DNA from: Octopus sinensis
Lineage: Eukaryota
Direction: 5' to 3'
NCBI RefSeq assembly: GCF_006345805.1
Contig: NW_021826542.1
Span: 1 to 12,640 of the forward strand
Length of the DNA stretch: 12,640 nucleotides
Below are positions 9,455-12,640 of the stretch, in pieces. A program made the translations under genes and the position numbers. Within the stretch, counting starts at the first letter, position 1, and each line of letters begins with the position of its first letter. A model generated the notes under the pieces. The model made no database searches and was not told the DNA's origin. It was given only the letters and a program-made list of their open reading frames with translations.

Positions 9455-9916
9455 GCCCTTGTATGAATGCCCTTGCTACTTTCTTGAGTTGAATTGAGCA
9501 AACACTATATGAGAGAGGTTTTCTTTAGGTGTTAGAAATAGTTTTTTTAGCTGCTATTTCTAACGAGTTCAGTATGCGGCAAAGTAATTTATTTTACTAA
9601 GCCCTTTTATATAATGTAATAATTTGAATTTGCCTTAAATACTGAATACTTGGTGAAATTGATTAATTAATTAATTAATTTTACCCTCAATTGTTGAAAT
9701 TATAATTCAATCTCTCTCTACTTATTGTCTCGGATTTTACCGAAAAAAGCTAGTGTTTGCTGATTTTAACCCACGCTGGTGGAAAGGGGAAGCAGAAATT
9801 TTTCTCTTGCATATTTGAGTTTGTTGGCACTGTTAGTTTGGAACAGATCTTCAGAAGCGATAACAAGCCGAAAGGGTATGCTCCCATTTTCAGTGTTTTC
9901 AAATTCAAACAAGGGC

Positions 9917-9976
9917 ATTCTGAGCTGATGAGAGAAGGGTCGATTTTGACTAATCTTGAAACGTACGTACTCAAAT
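9917..9976 (+). ncRNA. type I minimal hammerhead ribozyme
   Basis: Stem I ATT(C)TGAG 9917-9924 / CTCAAAT 9970-9976; core CTGATGA 9925-9931; stem II GAGA-ag-GGTC-gatttt-GACT-aa-TCTT 9932-9957; GAAA 9958-9961; stem III AC-gtac-GT; GTA triplet 9967-9969 with cleavage after 9969. Confidence 0.88.
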
Positions 9977-10474
9977 AACCTTTGCATTTGATTTTTTAAT
10001 GTCTCTACCCTCATACTTTCTTGAGTTGAATTGAGCAAACACTATATGAGAGAGGTTTTCTTTAATTGTTAGAAATAGTTTTTTTAGCTGCTATTTCTAA
10101 CGAGTTCAGTATGCGGCAAAGTAATTTATTTTACTAAGCCCTTTTATATAATGTAATAATTTGAATTTGCCTTAAATGGTCCCCGTTGCATACTGAATAC
10201 TTGGTGAAATTGATTAATTAATTAATTAATTTTACCCTCAATTGTTGAAATTATAATTCATCTCTCTCTACTTAATTGTCTCGGATTTTACCGAAAAAAG
10301 CATAGTGTTTGCTGATTTTAACCCACGCTGGTGGAAAGGGGAGAGCAGAAATTTTTCTCTTGCATATTTGAGTTTGTTGGCACTGTTAGTTTGGAACAGA
10401 TCTTCAGAAGCGATAACAAGCCGAAAGGGTATGCTCCCATTTTCAGTGTTTTCAAATTCAACAAGGGAAAGGGC

Positions 10475-10532
10475 ATCTGAGCTGATGAAGAAGGGTCGAT
10501 TTTGACTAATCTTGAAACGTACGTACTCAAAT
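10475..10532 (+). ncRNA. type I hammerhead ribozyme, second tandem copy (1-nt deletions in stems I and II)
   Basis: TGAG-CTGATGA (10482-10488)-agaagggtcgattttgactaatctt-GAAA (10514-10517)-CGTACGTA^CTCA; cleavage after 10525. Confidence 0.75.
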
Positions 10533-10703
10533 AACCTTTGCATTTGATTTTTTAATGTCTCTACCCTCATACTTTCTTGAGTTGAATTGAGCAAACACTA
10601 TATGAGAGAGGTTTTCTTTAAGTGTGTAGAAATAGTTTTTTTAGCTGCTATTTCTAACGAGTTCAGTATGCGGCAAAGTAATTTATTTTACTAAGCCCTT
10701 TTT

Positions 10704-10709
10704 ATAATA

Positions 10710-10740
<31 letters not shown>

Positions 10741-10752
10741 TATATATTATAT
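10704..10752. repeat. (TA)n microsatellite
   Basis: TA run at the right end of the array. Confidence 0.9.
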
Positions 10753-10953
10753 GTGAAAGAAAGATGAATAATCTTGTAGCAGATTAATCAAAAGTTTACC
10801 GATACCTTGGTAGCAAAAATCACAGCAGAAAACAGCAGGTTGGAGGTACAACCATATGGTGTTGCAACCGTGCGTTGGTGCGGATAATTGAAATTAAAAT
10901 ATTATTGGTGAATTGAAGAAATATTATTCGTTCAGCTCCATTTCCTCAATTCA

Positions 10954-10957
<4 letters not shown>

Positions 10958-11004
<47 letters not shown>

Positions 11005-11046
11005 TAATATATATATATTATATATATATATATATATTATATATAT

Positions 11047-11079
<33 letters not shown>

Positions 11080-11083
11080 ATAT

Positions 11084-11176
<93 letters not shown>

Positions 11177-11182
11177 GATATA
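10958..11182. repeat. (TA)n-rich microsatellite, ~225 bp
   Basis: Almost pure A/T alternation with tat/ata slips. Confidence 0.95.
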
Positions 11183-11186
11183 ATTC

Positions 11187-11400
11187 GGAAGGCGCATGGT
11201 TCAGTGGTTAGAGCGTAGGGCTTACGATCGTGAGGTTGTGAGTTCGACTCCTGGACCGGGCTGTGTGTTGTGTTCTTGAGCAAGATACTTTATTTCATGT
11301 TGTTACAGTTAACTCGGTTGTAGAAATGAGTTGCGAAATCACTGGTGGCTTTCTCTTGGATAGCATCAGTGAGGTGGAGAGGGGAGGCTGGTATGCATAT
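11187..11400 (+). mobile_element. SINE family D (tRNA-derived head, CORE-like central domain), 3' truncated
   Basis: A box tggttcagtgg 11197-11207; B box agttcgactcc 11241-11251; then ttgtgttcttgagcaagatacttta...gtagaaatgag, reminiscent of the CORE domain (from memory). Confidence 0.8.
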
Positions 11401-11629
11401 ATATACACCTACTTACACACACTCACAAGTAAGCAATTAAATGCTATACAAATTAGAATAAAGTAGTACTCGAATACCCTAGTAATTAAGGTAGAGTAAT
11501 ATGCCTTCATTAAGGCTGCAAATCTACACAAATCTCTTACTTTTCACGTTCCCGTTCGTCAGGCATTTGCGATGAAAGCTCTCTGAAGAATAGGAACTTG
11601 AGAGCTTGAGTATCACTTATGTGGAGATT

Positions 11630-11630
<1 letters not shown>

Positions 11631-11666
<36 letters not shown>

Positions 11667-11789
11667 TATATAAGTGTGTTGTGTTCGTCTTTTGTTGTTT
11701 TGTAAACTATATATACACACATATATATACGTGTGTTTATATACATGCATACGTACATACATATATATATGTGCGTGTGTGTGTGCGTG

Positions 11790-11820
<31 letters not shown>

Positions 11821-11980
11821 CATACACATATACTTACATGCATACATAAATATATATATATGTGTGTGTGTGAATACCTGTGTGTATACATGCGTTGTGT
11901 TCGTCTTTTGTTGTTTCGTAAATTCTCACTATATATACACACACATATATATATATATATGTATATATATACATGTATAC

Positions 11981-12031
<51 letters not shown>

Positions 12032-12052
12032 GACATATACATGCATGCATAC

Positions 12053-12113
<61 letters not shown>

Positions 12114-12125
12114 TGTGTGTGTATA
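11631..12125. repeat. compound CA/TA/TG microsatellite region containing two short family-C tail fragments
   Basis: gttgtgttcgtcttttgttgttt.gtaaa at 11678 and 11894 matches the reverse complement of ~900-930 and ~5215-5250. Confidence 0.8.
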
Positions 12126-12547
12126 CGTGCAACCCTTATGTTCATAGTTAATTTTGTGAAAATTTGACATACCGAAATATGCACACATATACACAGCCCA
12201 CTTGTACGTAAATACAAGCATGTATGCATATGGTTATGCATATACAAGTATATACATACCCACCTATATACTACATACATTCAGGCATACAAAGAGTAGT
12301 ATATGTGCGTATATCATGTGCATTTGTGTTATAGTGTGTGTGTATGTATGTATATATATACATATATACGCAAGATTATAAGCAGATAAATATAGATATA
12401 TGCATATATTACAGTACTATATCAAGGATTGTAGATGAGCCTACCTCACGGCAGGGAACATAGATGAGGGCCGCAGCACCAAACTGACCCATTCACCAAA
12501 TCCCACATATCAGAGGAGGTTTCGAATAATGGCGTAGCACAGTCAAC

Positions 12548-12603
12548 GCTGGTGCCCCAGCATAATCTCACCTTTGGCGGTGAAACAATTTAAAGATTTA
12601 AAG

Positions 12604-12608
<5 letters not shown>
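12548..12608 (+). mobile_element. 3' terminus related to the SINE family A tail (hairpin plus tandem tttaaaga repeats)
   Basis: ggtgccccagcat-17 nt-tgaaacaa-(tttaaaga)2.5 has the same spacing as ggtgctccagcat-17 nt-tgaaacaa at 6532-6569. Confidence 0.5.

Positions 12609-12640
<32 letters not shown>
12609..12640. repeat. (CA)n microsatellite
   Basis: Runs to the window edge. Confidence 0.95.

Larger units (their letters stand above)
9377..10703 (+). mobile_element. Retrozyme-like element: ~2.2 head-to-tail copies of a 537-556 bp non-coding unit with a hammerhead ribozyme, plus an inverted 5' segment
   Basis: tactttcttgagttgaattgagc recurs at 9477, 10014 and 10570; hammerheads at 9917-9976 and 10475-10532; 9391-9462 is the exact reverse complement of 9909-9980; the array runs into (TA)n at ~10704. 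Confidence 0.85.

Noticed and set aside
9790-9860. Minus-strand CTGAAGA (9848-9854) with a downstream GAAA, as an opposite-polarity hammerhead in the unit
   Set aside because: Stem II is only ~3 bp and no stem I complementarity exists around the putative UUC site.
9750-10594. ORFs inside the tandem unit (72-108 aa)
   Set aside because: The frames are broken differently between near-identical units and resemble no RT, endonuclease or other domain; the element appears non-coding.
9377-10703. CRISPR array or simple satellite interpretation
   Set aside because: Units are ~550 bp and near-identical with no unique spacers, and the context is eukaryotic. The ribozyme and inverted end argue for a retroelement rather than a plain satellite.
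11577-11606. CTGAAGA within a gctctc/gagagc hairpin
   Set aside because: No GAAA/stem III/NUH arrangement follows.
69-12280. Numerous 60-240 aa ORFs rich in VC, HT, YI repeats
   Set aside because: They are translations of TG/CA/TA microsatellites, which lack stop codons in several frames; there is no domain content.

Overview
AT-rich, microsatellite-saturated, mostly non-coding eukaryotic DNA. The repeat content resembles octopus/coleoid cephalopod genomes, which is an inference from remembered SINE sequences and has not been verified. Nearly all ORFs in the track are microsatellite artefacts. Supported content: (1) a full-length, decayed 1288-bp DD34D mariner (1742-3029; TIRs, TA target duplication, pseudogenised transposase) nested inside a SINE; (2) many copies of three tRNA-derived SINE families plus a ~200-bp repeat with a Penelope-like end; (3) the most notable element, at 9377-10703, a head-to-tail array of a ~540-556-bp non-coding unit (~2.2 copies). 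Each complete unit carries a minimal type I hammerhead ribozyme (CUGAUGA / stem II / GAAA / palindromic stem III / GUA), and the array is preceded by an inverted, antisense copy of the ribozyme. This is the architecture of a retrozyme (ribozyme-bearing, circRNA-producing, non-autonomous retroelement probably mobilised by Penelope-like elements). One or two weak exon candidates lie on the minus strand at 7.4-8.6 kb.
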